The position numbers and the translations under genes were made by a program. A DNA stretch of 63,020 bases, counting the filler, from Octopus bimaculoides (lineage: Eukaryota): NCBI RefSeq assembly GCF_001194135.2. It is 6 parts of 6 records of this genome, joined end to end, with 100 filler letters (N's around TTAATTAATTAA, not from the genome) between each part and the next. Parts side by side here need not be neighbours in the genome. Positions count along the whole stretch, not along the records: positions 1 to 17,180 come from NC_068993.1; 5 more parts are not named here. One strand, written 5' to 3'. Under the pieces are notes generated by a model. That model made no database searches and was not told where the DNA came from. It saw only the letters and a program-made list of their open reading frames with translations. Numbering within the stretch: position 1 is the first letter of the stretch; each line of letters opens with the position of its first letter. Positions 1-13,443 of this stretch are shown in pieces.

Positions 1-760
1 GGGGGGGGGGATCGAGGTGGTGGTGGTGGGTAGGTTAATGGCGGTTATAAAGGGGAAGGAAGAAAAAAAAAAGACGATAGTAATTATATCGGCGACCAAT
101 AACCGTTGTCATATGTGGCGATGATGATGATTGCCACCACACCACTTTTTGATCATCACGATGATGGTGGTGGTGAAGACGACGCAACGAAGATGGCGGC
201 GTTACGAGGACAGCGATGACGACGACGACGATGTTGGTGATAAGAGCATCAAAGAAACACATTAAATGACAGAATTGACACTGACGACAACATAGAGATT
301 GATGATGACGCCTACAATCAGCGCTGACGCCGATGATGTTCGTAGTGGCGGTGGTGGTGGTGGTGGTGGCGATGACAGAATTTACTATATCTGATGGCAG
401 TGGTGCTGATGACAATGGTGAGGGTGATGACGATGATGGCGAGAGAGATGATGACGATGGTGATGATGATGGATGGTGGTGGTCATCGTCGTCGTGATAG
501 TGATGATGATGATGATGGTACCGATGATGATGGTGATGACGACGGTGGTGACATCGGACGATGACAAAATCAATGCTTACACCGATGGTACTGATGAAAA
601 TGATAGAACATACAATCATACAGATGATGATGATGGCTGCTGTTATTGAGCTCCTGGTCAGTTCTGATTGAACAGGTATATGATCAAAACACAGACACTC
701 CAGCCATGACCATCCACTTTTTATTGTTTTGTTTTTAGAAGGATGCAAATGAAACTGTTA
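1..760. repeat. GAT/GGT/GAC trinucleotide low-complexity region
   Basis: Mixed degenerate triplet repeats; source of the spurious His/Ser/Thr-rich ORFs. Confidence 0.8.
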
Positions 761-1235
761 AGTAATAGCTCATACATCGATTAAAAGTACTCCTTAAAAA
801 TAGGAGTGTCAAGCACTCAGCTCGCAGGCCGGATCCGGCTAGTAGTAGATTAGTCTGGCACTTCACTTAATTTTACAGATAAAGAATATTTATTACTATT
901 ATTTTTTAAAATTTCAAAGTAATATATATATATATATATAAAGAAGATAAGGATAAAAATCACGTTAATGATTTTTATCAGGTAGTCAGCATGCTATAAA
1001 AATTTATAGGTAATTAATACATTAAATTAATAATAACGTACATATGTATATAATTATACCAAGGGAGCAAGGGCGAAAACGACCTTTCTCCAGCATGCAA
1101 ATATATATNNNNNNNNNNNNNNNNNNNNNNNNNNNNNNNNNNNNNNNNNNNNNNNNNNNNNNNNNNNNNNNNNNNNNNNNNNNNNNNNNNNNNNNNNNNN
1201 NNNNNNNNNNNNNNNNNNNNNNNNNNNNNNNNNNN

Positions 1236-1270
<35 letters not shown>

Positions 1271-1282
1271 CAAGGTAGCATT

Positions 1283-1339
1283 CAGAGGTAGACCTCAATC
1301 AGAGGTAGACCTCAATCAGAGGTAGACCTCAATCAGAGG
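1283..1339 (+). repeat. 17-bp minisatellite CAGAGGTAGACCTCAAT x3.3
   Basis: Three exact units, each containing the inverted repeat GAGGT-AG-ACCTC. Confidence 0.95.
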
Positions 1340-1696
1340 CATAATTAACACCGGTTCTGATTAGTCAAATGAGTATACCTTAGAAATCTTTTGTTAATGT
1401 AACCAATAAAAAGACCTATTTCATCTTCCCTTTGTCTATACATACTGATCCAAACTTTTTTTTTTTTTTCTACGCACGTATTCGCCTTAATAGATTTTAG
1501 TGATATACACAATACTGGGAGGTTCTGCAGATGAAACAGTGCAAAGTATTGGTCTTCTCTCGAGGAAACCAGTGCTTGATAACAAAGATCTGAATGGTCA
1601 TATGGATCATTCATAATCTTTGTTATCACTCCACGGACTCTCTCTGCCTCTCTCATACAGATATATGAGCAGAATAGTTGGAACGAAGCATTGTCG

Positions 1697-1927
1697 TCAA
1701 AACAACGACTTGTGAGAAACAACACAAGCCTATGGTTTGCACATTTACCTTGTATTTAAATATTTCGGTGTTGTGTCCCCTTCTTCAAAAAATATGCTCA
1801 CATAGAAGTCAGCTTCCAACACCACATCTCCGAAGATTTCCTGAAGAAGGAGTCCTAACCCAGAAATATTAAAATTCAAAGTACAAACCATCGGCTTGTA
1901 TTATTTATCATAACACGCGTTGTTTAG
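1697..1927. repeat. Imperfect inverted repeat carrying two decayed hammerhead-like motifs (probable Penelope-like pseudo-LTR relic)
   Basis: acaagcctatggtttgcac (~1724-1742) pairs with gtacaaaccatcggcttgt (1881-1899). Minus arm UUGAAGA-A-GGGG..CACC-GAAAUAUU; plus arm CUGAAGA-A-GGAG..CCCA-GAAAUAUU. Confidence 0.5.
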
Positions 1928-2425
1928 CTTTAAATAACAAACACACACTTGTAATCATTGCTTTAATAATATATATTTTCTCCTATCCTTCTCGATTTTT
2001 CTATTTTCATTATAGAATTTTTTTCTCAATATAAGTGACCAATTCACGATATTTCGTTATAAACACCACATCTTGAATGTCAGAAATCGGTTACGTGACC
2101 AGCGACGTTCGCGAAACTCCGAGTAGTAAACACGGACAGTCCCATCACTAAAATGAACACGAATATGTGTATGTGTGTGTGTAATTTAGCTATTACACGC
2201 TCCACAACACAGCGCCACGTAGACACACACACATAGACGGCGCTACGATCAACCACAGACATACAGCCACTACAAAAACCTGGTTATCGTTGATAATGCT
2301 AATTGTAAAATTTTTATCCAATTCCATCATGAAAGTACTTTTAATGTTTACTTCTGAAGTCCAGCAGAACCAACACCACCACTGTCGCCACTACCACCAC
2401 AGCCACCACCAACGACGACGACGAC

Positions 2426-2481
<56 letters not shown>

Positions 2482-3675
2482 ACAATAATGATATCAAACA
2501 ACAGCACAAAAATTAGCTACAAATGTGTGTTTCTTTTAATCAGCTTAAACTTTTAACAATTTCCACAAAAGCTATTCAAAAAAAATATATAAGAATTAAT
2601 AAAATAAAGCAAAGAAACAAAATAAATAAACGTTTGTACAGTAAAAGACAATAAANNNNNNNNNNNNNNNNNNNNNNNNNNNNNNNNNNNNNNNNNNNNN
2701 NNNNNNNNNNNNNNNNNNNNNNNNNNNNNNNNNNNNNNNNNNNNNNNNNNNNNNNNNNNNNNNNNNNNNNGGGCGAACAAAAGGGTGGGGCGATAGGCAC
2801 ACACACACACACACAAAACAAGAACAAAATAAATAAAACAGTAAAAACAAAACATACACAACACAGAAAAAAATAACATAAAATAACTAAAGAAGAAGAA
2901 AAAAATCAAGAGTAACCGCGAAATGTTAATTACTTTTTAATAATCGGCTTTTGAACACAAGTTTTCAAAAAGGTACTACTGGTTTTCTGATCCCGATGAC
3001 GACGACAACGACGATGACAACAACAACAGCAGTAACAACAACAAGAAGCGGTAGGGAAATAACCAACCAACCAACAACAACAACAACAAGAATATAAGCA
3101 CAACACGATATTACTAATACCACCATCTATCTAACTCCAAAAGACCATGAGTCGTCACTAATACTTCAACTAACTCTAGCCTGCTTTTAAAATTCCTTCT
3201 CTTTCTAGTATCATTCCTTCTTCTTCTTCTTCTTCGTCTTCTTCTAGTCCCCCAACTCTCTCGTTTTCTTTCTTTCTCCCTCCTTTACATTTTAACTGAC
3301 ACTCAATTGTCACCTTGTGAATTTGTAACAGACTCTCTTAAATGAGTAAAAGCAGAAGACAGACATAAGCAACCATGCAATTAAAACTACAGCCGTCTTT
3401 TTGTTGTTGTTGTTGTTGTTTTACCCCTTTTTTTATATATATAATTTTTATTTATTATTTATTCATTCATTTATTATATTTTTTTTACCAGCGTTCTGCA
3501 ACTGTGGGATTGGTTGGTTATCAAAGTTGATGGCAACTATAAAAGATCTCTTTAATTATTGCCTAAGCTAGTCTAGTCTTCACTGGGATTCCTGCAGAGC
3601 AAAACTACTATGGCTATTTCCACTTTTTAAATTTTTATTTTGCGCTTTCATTAATAAAAACACACATACACACAT

Positions 3676-3707
<32 letters not shown>

Positions 3708-3717
3708 NNNNNNNNNN

Positions 3718-3759
<42 letters not shown>

Positions 3760-4344
3760 TAGTGAAGCAGACGATAGCTGCTGTCGGATAAACTACACGT
3801 AAAAACCTATCTGCCTTCTGATCACCTCCTACCTTCGGCTTCCAAGCCTTCTCTTTCAGAGCGCCATTTTTGATCGGTTTCTAAATGTCGCCGGATTGTT
3901 TTTTTTTTATTTCATTTTATACTTCATTTAAATTTGTTTCTTTGAAATTTTTCGATAGTCCTAGCGTTGAAGCTTTTCAAAATTACCGGGTCTTTGAATA
4001 TGTGCACGAGCGAAAGAGAAAGAGATATGGATACAGAGAGAGAGAGGGTGAGAAAGACAGAGATACAAAGAAAGGGTGACGAGAGAGACTCGGTGCAAAT
4101 CATCAAATCTAATCACCAAAATAGATTAGTAGTTGTCAACGACTCGGCAAGAGCCAGCCCGTATCTACTGCGACCAAATTCCTTTCTAATAATGTATGGC
4201 TTTTAGAACTATTATATCTTAAACTATCTGTGCCTCCATTTTTCTGTCTTTCTGGTGCAATGGACGAACATTAAAGCTGCTCAATGTTCTTTAGCCAACT
4301 TCTTTCATCTTGTATCCTGGCGCTTTTTTCTTTCTTCAATAGCG

Positions 4345-4480
4345 CCATGTTGAATCAGGCTTCCAAGTCATTTCAGGTTCGGTCCCACTGGATGGTACCT
4401 TGGGCAAGTGTTTTCTATAATAGCTTTCTTCCCAACAACGTGGTTCTGGCTTCAGTCCCACTGCGTGGCACCTTGCACAG
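4345..4480 (+). mobile_element. Decayed, partly duplicated SINE A head
   Basis: ggttcggtcccactggatggtaccttgggcaagtgttttctataatagc and a second cagtcccactgcgtggcaccttg. Confidence 0.6.
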
Positions 4481-4740
4481 CATCACGGGGGGATGGTCTT
4501 TTACTATAACCCCAAACTAACCAATACCTTGCGAGTAAATTTGGTAAACGGAAACCGTGTGGAAGACTTACTAAACCGTAATTAATTTCGACAGCGGAAG
4601 AGATGTGCTACGATGTTAAACAGGTTTTACCGTATATTGTCCGCTTTTGGGCATCCGAAATTAGCCGCATAAATGCTTGAACCTTACTAACTTCCTACAC
4701 TTGGATCCCTGGCTCATGCCGACCTATTGCTATATTATTT

Positions 4741-5083
4741 TGTTTCAATCATTTGACTGTGGCCATGCTGGAGCACCGCCTTTTAGGCGAACAAATCGAC
4801 CCCTGGACTTATTTTTTGTAAGCCTGGTATTTATTTGATCGGTCTTTTTTGCCGAACCGCTAAGTTACGGGGACGTAAAGAAACCAAGATCGGTTGTCAA
4901 GCGATGGTGGAGAGACAGACACAGACACACACACGACAGGCTTTTTTCAGTTTCTGTCTACCAAATCCACTCAAAGTCGGCCGAGGCTATAGTAGAAAGC
5001 ACTTGGCCATGGTGCCATGCAGCGGGACTGAACTCGGAACCATATAGCTGGGAAGCAAGCTTCTGACCACACAGTCATGCCTG

Positions 5084-5085
<2 letters not shown>
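4741..5085 (-). mobile_element. tRNA-derived SINE family A (CORE-like ccttgggcaagtg motif, internal microsatellite), near full length
   Basis: Minus strand: head with TGGT/GTTCAGTCCC boxes, body cacttgcccaaggtgcc-type, 3' half ...ggcggtgctccagcatggccacagtcaaatgattgaaaca. More than 12 related copies in the window. Confidence 0.88.
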
Positions 5086-5147
<62 letters not shown>

Positions 5148-5154
5148 TTACGCT

Positions 5155-5280
5155 TGTGTGTTGTCACCCTCCTCCTACCGCTTGACAACAGGTGTTGGTT
5201 TACTTACGTCCTCGTAACTTAGTATTTCATCGCGATAAGAGACCGGTAGAATAAGTATCAAGATTTGAAAGAAAAACAAA
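5155..5280 (+). mobile_element. SINE A middle fragment
   Basis: cgcttgacaac...tacgtcctcgtaacttag...agagaccggtagaataagta. Confidence 0.7.
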
Positions 5281-5704
5281 NNNNNNNNNNNNNNNNNNNN
5301 NNNNNNNNNNNNNNNNNNNNNNNNNNNNNGGGGGGGGGGGATTCCAGAATGGCTGCAGTCTGAAACATATAGAAGGACAAAAAACAACAACAAAAAACTA
5401 GAAGATAACATAAGGTTTCGTTATTGAAAGAGTCAAGCCCAACATGTTCATTGTGATGCAGCTACACAGGGGGTTAAAATGGCGGCGTGAAGGAGCATAG
5501 TCATTTTGAGACAGCATTAACAACAACAGCAAAAACACAACAATAACAACAACATCAGGTGCATTGTAGGAGAATTATTAATGTGCATATTATACGGTGT
5601 ACTTGTATATAGTGTAGCCATAGAATGAGAAAGATAGACATACAAAGTGAGATACAGAGAAACTAGTACGTGGGGGTGGGATGGAGAGGGGTGACTACGT
5701 ATAC

Positions 5705-5924
5705 TCTCTCTTTTTACTCTTTTGACTGCGGCCATGCTGGAGCACCACCTTTAGCCGAGAAAATCGACCCCAGGACTTATTCTTTGTAAGCCTAGTACTT
5801 ATTCTATCGGCCTCTTTTTGCCGAACTGCTAAGTTACGGGGACCTAAACACACCAGCATCGGTTGTCAAGCGATGGTGGGGGGACAAACATAGACACACA
5901 AACACACATACATACATATATATA
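5705..5924 (-). mobile_element. SINE A 3' half, runs into a gap
   Basis: gactgcggccatgctggagcaccacctttag...aagttacggggac...ggttgtcaagcgatg. Confidence 0.85.
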
Positions 5925-6465
5925 NNNNNNNNNNNNNNNNNNNNNNNNNNNNNNNNNNNNNNNNNNNNNNNNNNNNNNNNNNNNNNNNNNNNNNNNNNNN
6001 NNNNNNNNNNNNNNNNNNNNNNNNNNNNNNNNNNNNNNNNNNNNNNNNNNNNNNNNNNNNNNNNNNNNNNNNNNNNNNNNNNNNNNNNNNNNNNNNNNNN
6101 NNNNNNNNNNNNNNNNNNNNNNNNNNNNNNNNNNNNNNNNNNNNNNNNNNNNNNNNNNNNNNNNNNNNNNNNNNNNNNNNNNNNNNNNNNNNNNNNNNNN
6201 NNNNNNNNNNNNNNNNNNNNNNNNNNNNNNNNNNNNNNNNNNNNNNNNNNNNNNNNNNNNNNNNNNNNNNNNNNNNNNNNNNNNNNNNNNNNNNNNNNNN
6301 NNNNNNNNNNNNNNNNNNNNNNNNNNNNNNNNNNNNATATATATACGGAGGGAGAGAGATAAATAGCTATATCTGTACGTGTGCATGTGTGTATGAAGTG
6401 TGGATCTATACGTATGTATTGTATGTGTGTATGTGTGTGCATACTCGCGCGCGCAGAGAGAGGGG

Positions 6466-6507
<42 letters not shown>

Positions 6508-7289
6508 GAGATACAAGGGAAGGTGGGAGTTTTCAGTCGAAAAGTTAACCAGCAGCAACAGAAATAATAAAAGAAAAGAACCACAACAAGAACAAGAACA
6601 CCAACAACAAGCGAGAATTGCTAGAAGATTGAGTGGTTTAGGAAGAAAACCCGACTTGTGAGCAGTTGGTGCCAGCCAGTAAGGCGACGGTGGCCGGTAG
6701 CCGAAAGGAGGAAGTCTGCGAGAGAGAAATAACAGAATAAGCGGTAGTGAGGGAGGGAGTTTATTCCATGAGATGGTCTTTCTCCCAAAAGCCGCATTGA
6801 ATCATTGTCGTAAAAGATGTATTGGATGCTGGTCGTAATAACGATGATGATAATGATGGCGGCGGCGGCATTGATGGTGATGATGGATTAACGGAAGAAT
6901 GTGTTCGGTGGTGGAGTTGGTGGTTGTTTCTGGTGGTTTAGATGGTGTTGAGTGTTTTGAAAAGGTGGTGGTGGTGGTTGTGGTGACGTTCGTAGTACTG
7001 CTAGTGTTTGGTTGTGAGTGGTCTTTGTGGTGATGTGGGAGTAGGGTTGCGTGGAGAGGAGGTGGTAGCTGTTTTTTTCAGCTCTTCTAGTAGTAAAGTG
7101 GTCTTCATGGTGCTTTAGTTCTTGGCAGTGTGTGTGTGTGTGTGGTGTAATTGTAGTGAAGGTTCTGTTGAAGGCAAGAGAGAAGTAGCGTTGAATTTGG
7201 AAAAGTTCTTTAGAGATTATGTGTTTGTGTAGACACACATCATATATATATATGCACACATACACCATACATATATGTATGCATATATG

Positions 7290-7351
<62 letters not shown>

Positions 7352-8652
7352 CACACACACACACATATAAGTACACACGCCATATAAGTCTATAAATATA
7401 TATACACAAACTACATGTCTAAATACACATATATACGTATATACACACAGATATATATACACAGATATATCTACACGCATAAGCAACATACATATACACA
7501 AGTACACATGCGCATTATGCGTCTGTACACACACACACACACAGAAATTCTTTACGTTACTTGAAACATGTCTTTGTTAGCCTCCCAACCGAACTTGCCA
7601 TCTTTCTCAGCTCTTGTAATTTTTCATCAATTTCTTTTTTGTCATCCCTCCGTCACTCTCTCCCATCCCACCAACCCAACTCCCTCCCTTATTCTCTACC
7701 AACGCTATTCCATCATCTGTCTCCGGTTTCTTTTCTCTTCAGACTACCCCCATCTCTTTCTAGCTCTCTCCCGTCCGCCATTTTCACGCTTTCCCCGTTT
7801 CTAACTATAAACCATTCCCCAATTTTGATAAAGAGTGAGGCAAGGAGATGGTCTGGTACTTTTACTATTTTCGTTTCCCATCAGTTATATTCAACGGCAA
7901 TACTCTCGCCTCCCTTTTCCTTCGCTTTATATAAATGTGTTGCATTATATCCCTTTTTTTTTTACCTTCCGGTCAGTCTATCAGTGTCAGAATATGTAAG
8001 CGTGCACGCGTGTATAGAGAGATACATTTTTGTATTTAGTTTGGAAGGTTCTTGATGTAAACTTGCGTGTTGATTAACAAATAAAAGAGTGACATTTAAC
8101 CAGTACGTGTGTTTATGATTGTTGGTGTAATGACCGTCCCTACATACAAGATACAAGAAGATGGAATGAACAAGCTTTAACCTGAATCACTACAATTGTT
8201 TCAGTGCATTAACATCAGCCGTTAATAGTTGAATTTTTCGCATATTATATATACACTCTTGTAATAATACGATCCAACAACAGCTGTGTACCTGCACCTC
8301 TTCAAGAGAGTTTGTTTGAGAGCATTTGCTGGATCACCGATAGTTATCCATTGTTTTATATCCATATTCTATTTTCAGCATTCCATTGACAAAGAGCAAC
8401 ACGAATAGAAAATATAAAGATACATTCTTTCTGTGCGAGCCAAATGATTCACGGCCCGGTGGTTGGGGGAATCCATTGGCATAAAACAAGCTCTCTCGGA
8501 CAGTTATTCAGAACACCATCAACTCCACTACATAGCACCCCACCAAACACCTAAAACTGAAGAATTTTTACAGCTTTGAAATACAATGGCCAGCCCAATG
8601 TTATGCAATTTTGGACAATGTTGGACGATGAGGTCATAATAGCAGCAGCAGC

Positions 8653-8690
<38 letters not shown>

Positions 8691-8749
8691 CAGCAGCGGT
8701 GGTAGTGGTGGCAATAGAAATAATAATTGTAGATGTGACAGCAATAATG

Positions 8750-8967
8750 ATGGTTTCAAATTTTGGCACAAGGCCAGGAATTTTGTGGGAAGGGTGCTAG
8801 TTGGTTACAGTGACCCCCAGTATGCAACTGGCACTTAATTTATCGACTCCCGAAAGGATGAAAGGCAAAGTCGACCTTGCCGGAATTTGAACCCAGAACG
8901 TGCAGAGAGACGAAAAGCCGCTAAGCGTTTTGCCTGGCATGCTAACGGTTCTGCCAGCTCACTGCCT
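8750..8967 (-). mobile_element. tRNA-derived SINE family B
   Basis: Reverse complement of ggcagtgagctggcagaaccgttagc...gggttcaaattccg...gtcgactttgcctttcatcctttcggg.gtcgataaattaagt; same family as 37586-37727. The central motif resembles the Meta/MESC SINE domain (from memory). Confidence 0.85.
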
Positions 8968-8989
8968 TTGAGACAGCAATAATAATTAT

Positions 8990-8997
8990 TGGTGGTC

Positions 8998-9056
<59 letters not shown>

Positions 9057-9445
9057 AGTAGTAGTAGTAGTAGTCGTAGTAGTAGTAGTAGTAGTGGCAC
9101 TAGCTATAATAGCATTGTTAGTGGCAGGAGTAACTATGATTGTGGTATTTGTAGTAGTAGTGGTGGTAGTCGTAGTAAAAGTACTAGAAGTGGTCTTGGT
9201 GGTGGTGGTAGTGATAGTAGTAGCAATTGTAATAGTCGTAGATGTAACAGTAGCCGTAATAGTTGAGGTGGTAGTAATAACAATCACAGTGACAGCAGTA
9301 ACAGTAATAGTCAGGTAGTAGTAGTAATAGTAGTAGTAGCAGTAGCAGTAGTAGTAATAGCAGTAGTAGTAGCAGCAGTAGTAGTAGTAGTAGTGGTAGC
9401 AACAGCAGTAGTAGTAGTAGTAGTAGTAGTAGCAACAACAGCAAA
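8990..9445. repeat. (GTA)n-dominated compound trinucleotide microsatellite
   Basis: Long GTA/GTG/GCA runs; a shorter one lies at 8640-8710. Confidence 0.95.
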
Positions 9446-9875
9446 AAGCCACAAAAGTCAGTCACATATGGTTTAAAGTGACGCGAATATGAATTATGTC
9501 CCATAATAATTAGTAAGAGGGGGGGGTTATTAAATTTTTTTTTTATTTTGAAAAATCCTTTAATTTAAAAAAAAATTTTTCTTCCCTAAATCAACAACAA
9601 CTACAACAACAACATCTGTGGCAACATTTTAATTTTATATCAAACTATTTTTTTTTTGTCAGTTTGTTTATTTTTACTGTGTGTTTAAGAGGGGGTGAGG
9701 GGGAGAGAGGGCGTGTGCGCATGAGAGAGAGGGAGAAAGGGAGAGTGTGTACGTGTGTGTATATGTATGTGAGTATGTGTGTGTATCTGTACATATATCT
9801 ATATGTGACTGTGTGTGTATTTGTATGTGTATGTGAGTATGTGTGTGTCTATGTAAGTGTGTGTATGTATGTACA

Positions 9876-9908
<33 letters not shown>

Positions 9909-11361
9909 AAGTTAGACGGACGTCATTAACAATATTTTTTTTAAATCATAAAAGACAATAAAAAAGATCACACGCACGCGCACGCACACACACACACAAC
10001 AAAGAAAACAACAACAACATCAACAACAATAATTAGAAAACCACAAACGCAAATCTAAAAACAACAGTTGAAAATGTCCAACCCTAACCACATACGGATA
10101 CTGCAACACCCCAACCCCCCACCCGCCAGAACCAACGCCACAACAGTCTCGCACCACTTCACACTGGCATCTGACGCCACCATCATCATCATCATCATCA
10201 TCATCACTACGGCAAAACCTCAGACAAACACCACCTCCTCTATCTACTGCATAAACTTCACATGACCACCACCACCAACAACAACATCAACAATAATAAC
10301 AACGCTACCACCCGAACCTCAAACTGCCGCTGCAGCTNNNNNNNNNNNNNNNNNNNNNNNNNNNNNNNNNNNNNNNNNNNNNNNNNNNNNNNNNNNNNNN
10401 NNNNNNNNNNNNNNNNNNNNNNNNNNNNNNNNNNNNNNNNNNNNNNNNNNNNNNNNNNNNNNNNNNNNNNNNNNNNNNNNNNNNNNNNNNNNNNNNNNNN
10501 NNNNNNNNNNNNNNNNNNNNNNNNNNNNNNNNNNNNNNNNNNNNNNNNNNNNNNNNNNNNNNNNNNNNNNNNNNNNNNNNNNNNNNNNNNNNNNNNNNNN
10601 NNNNNNNNNNNNNNNNNNNNNNNNNNNNNNNNNNNNNNNNNNNNNNNNNNNNNNNNNNNNNNNNNNNNNNNNNNNNNNNNNNNNNNNNNNNNNNNNNNNN
10701 NNNNNNNNNNNNNNNNNNNNNNNNNNNNNNNNNNNNNNNNNNNNNNNNNNNNNNNNNNNNNNNNNNNNNNNNNNNNNNNNNNNNNNNNNNNNNNNNNNNN
10801 NNNNNNNNNNNNNNNNNNNNNNNNNNNNNNNNNNNNNNNNNNNNNNNNNNNNNNNNNNNNNNNNNNNNNNNNNNNNNNNNNNNNNNNNNNNNNNNNNNNN
10901 NNNNNNNNNNNNNNNNACACAACCACCATCACCACCACCACTACCACAACTGTCACCTGCACGACCACCGCCACCACCATTACTACAGCCTAAGCCTCAA
11001 ATACCCGTACACCCCACCAACCACAGCTCCTGCCCAAACTTCAAACCACCACCACCGTACTACAACAGTAACTATCCTCTGTTTAATCTATTTCATCAGT
11101 TAACAGTTTGTTTGCTTTTTTCTTTCTTTCTTTCAAAGTGAAACAACATAAACCTAAAAACAAAACAGAAAAATACACACACCAAGTCACGTCACACACA
11201 CATATATAATGATAAAGACGCATACACACACATATAGACAACCACTACAAGCACAACTGTACACACATACGTACATATAGAAACACATACACACACAAAG
11301 CCATGCAGCCACAAGCATATAACTACACTCACACATACACATGTAGTCATCCTCAGACGAT

Positions 11362-11393
<32 letters not shown>

Positions 11394-11399
11394 TACACC

Positions 11400-11560
11400 T
11401 ACACACAGTCATGCAACTACACATGCACACATACAGCCATGCAACTACGCACACACACAGAGCCATGCAACTACATACATACATAGAGCCATGCAACTAC
11501 ACACACAGCCATGCAACTACACACACACACAGCCATGCAACTACACACACACATACAATC
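11400..11560 (+). repeat. Minisatellite AGCCATGCAACTAC+(AC)n, about six units, within a CA-rich tract (11190-11800)
   Basis: Directly visible repeated units with variable CA spacers. Confidence 0.85.
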
Positions 11561-12479
11561 ACCACCACATAACTATGCACACACACACACACACACACAA
11601 TCATTCCCACGCAACATACACACATATACAACCACACACCTACACACACGAGTATACAACCATACACAGCCACACAGCTACATACCCATAAGTACACATA
11701 CACACCAGGCACACTATCACACACACACACACACCATCACTACTACATGACTACACACACACACATGCTCACACACACACACACACACACACACACAAGA
11801 GCGTAATTCCTCGAAGCACCATGTGAAAATCTGCTGATACAAAAGAACTTTCGAGATTGTACCAAAGTGACATTTTCTGATTTCTCTTCCCTCATCGTCG
11901 TCATCATCATTATTATTATTATTATTATCATTATCATCATTTTCCTTTTTCATTTTCCTCTTTCATCATTATCTCTCTCTCTCTCTCTCTTTCTTTCCCG
12001 TTCACTCCTCTAAAAAAAAAATAATAATCAATTTGTGACTATAATATTGTAGTTGTTGTTGTAAACTTTATGTAACTTCAATATTATTTACCATTTTATG
12101 AATTTATTATTTATTATTTACTTTCACAATTTCCCTATTATTATTATTATTATTATTAGTGTTGTTAGGGTTATTATCATTATTATTGTTATCATTATTA
12201 TTATTGTATTTATTTTTCAAAAATTTTTTAAAAATTAATTTTCTTTTCCTTATTCTTTTCTCTCTCAGTTGCTCCCTTTAAAAAATTTTTTCTGATAATC
12301 CTAACAATTTTTTTTTTCAGAAGGGTTGCAGATTAACACCCCTCAATCATGATGTTTTCTGCATATTTCAGTAGACCCTATCACACCCTTAAACTCACTT
12401 TTTTTACTCCCCCACCCCTGCAAAAAAAAAAACCCCTTAAAGGTTGAATACTGTCCCTGAATAAGATATTTATTTTATC

Positions 12480-12703
12480 TTTACTTATCTTTTACTTGTT
12501 TCAGTCATTGGACTGCGGCCAACCTGGGGCAACGCCTCACAGAATTTTTATAAAGACCCGCCTTTAGCCATTAATGACCATGGGATTGCACTTAGAAAGT
12601 TCCCCTCCTTGGCACAAGTCTGAGCAAGGTTTGTGGAAGACCAGCAGTCGCCCATGCATACCAGACTCCCCCTCTCCAAACCACTGACGTTTTCCAAGGG
12701 AAA
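12480..12703. mobile_element. SINE A 3' tail (minus) joined to an unidentified GC-rich repeat fragment running into a gap
   Basis: tttacttgtttcagtcattggactgcggcc followed by a GC-rich block with self-complementary ends (see findings). Confidence 0.5.
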
Positions 12704-13396
12704 NNNNNNNNNNNNNNNNNNNNNNNNNNNNNNNNNNNNNNNNNNNNNNNNNNNNNNNNNNNNNNNNNNNNNNNNNNNNNNNNNNNNNNNNNNNNNNNNN
12801 NNNNNNNNNNNNNNNNNNNNNNNNNNNNNNNNNNNNNNNNNNNNNNNNNNNNNNNNNNNNNNNNNNNNNNNNNNNNNNNNNNNNNNNNNNNNNNNNNNNN
12901 NNNNNNNNNNNNNNNNNNNNNNNNNNNNNNNNNNNNNNNNNNNNNNNNNNNNNNNNNNNNNNNNNNNNNNNNNNNNNNNNNNNNNNNNNNNNNNNNNNNN
13001 NNNNNNNNNNNNNNNNNNNNNNNNNNNNNNNNNNNNNNNNNNNNNNNNNNNNNNNNNNNNNNNNNNNNNNNNNNNNNNNNNNNNNNNNNNNNNNNNNNNN
13101 NNNNNNNNNNNNNNNNNNNNNNNNNNNNNNNNNNNNNNNNNNNNNNNNNNNNNNNNNNNNNNNNNNNNNNNNNNNNNNNNNNNNNNNNNNNNNNNNNNNN
13201 NNNNNATATATATATATATATATATAGATATATATCTCTATATATAAAATGGACATAGTAAAGTGTGTCCTGCACCCAAAAATTGGGCTATGGTAGTAGG
13301 TACAACACTCCACTCCACTATCCAGTGTATTGCAATGCAGGGCATTAACCTTGGGATGGGCTAGAGTGCAGAATACAAACCAAATGATAAATAATA

Positions 13397-13443
<47 letters not shown>

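Noticed and set aside
1345-1725. 126-aa minus ORF (...REAERVRGVITKIMNDPYDHSDLCYQALVSSREDQYFALFHLQNLP...)
   Set aside because: Protein-like but unrecognised. It overlaps the inverted hammerhead-bearing repeat, and joining it to the upstream open segment needs a 40-nt intron. Left uncalled pending a homology search.
6888-7170. Pro/Gln/His/Thr-rich minus ORF with a good acceptor
   Set aside because: C/A-rich composition suppresses stop codons; no homology or partner exons.
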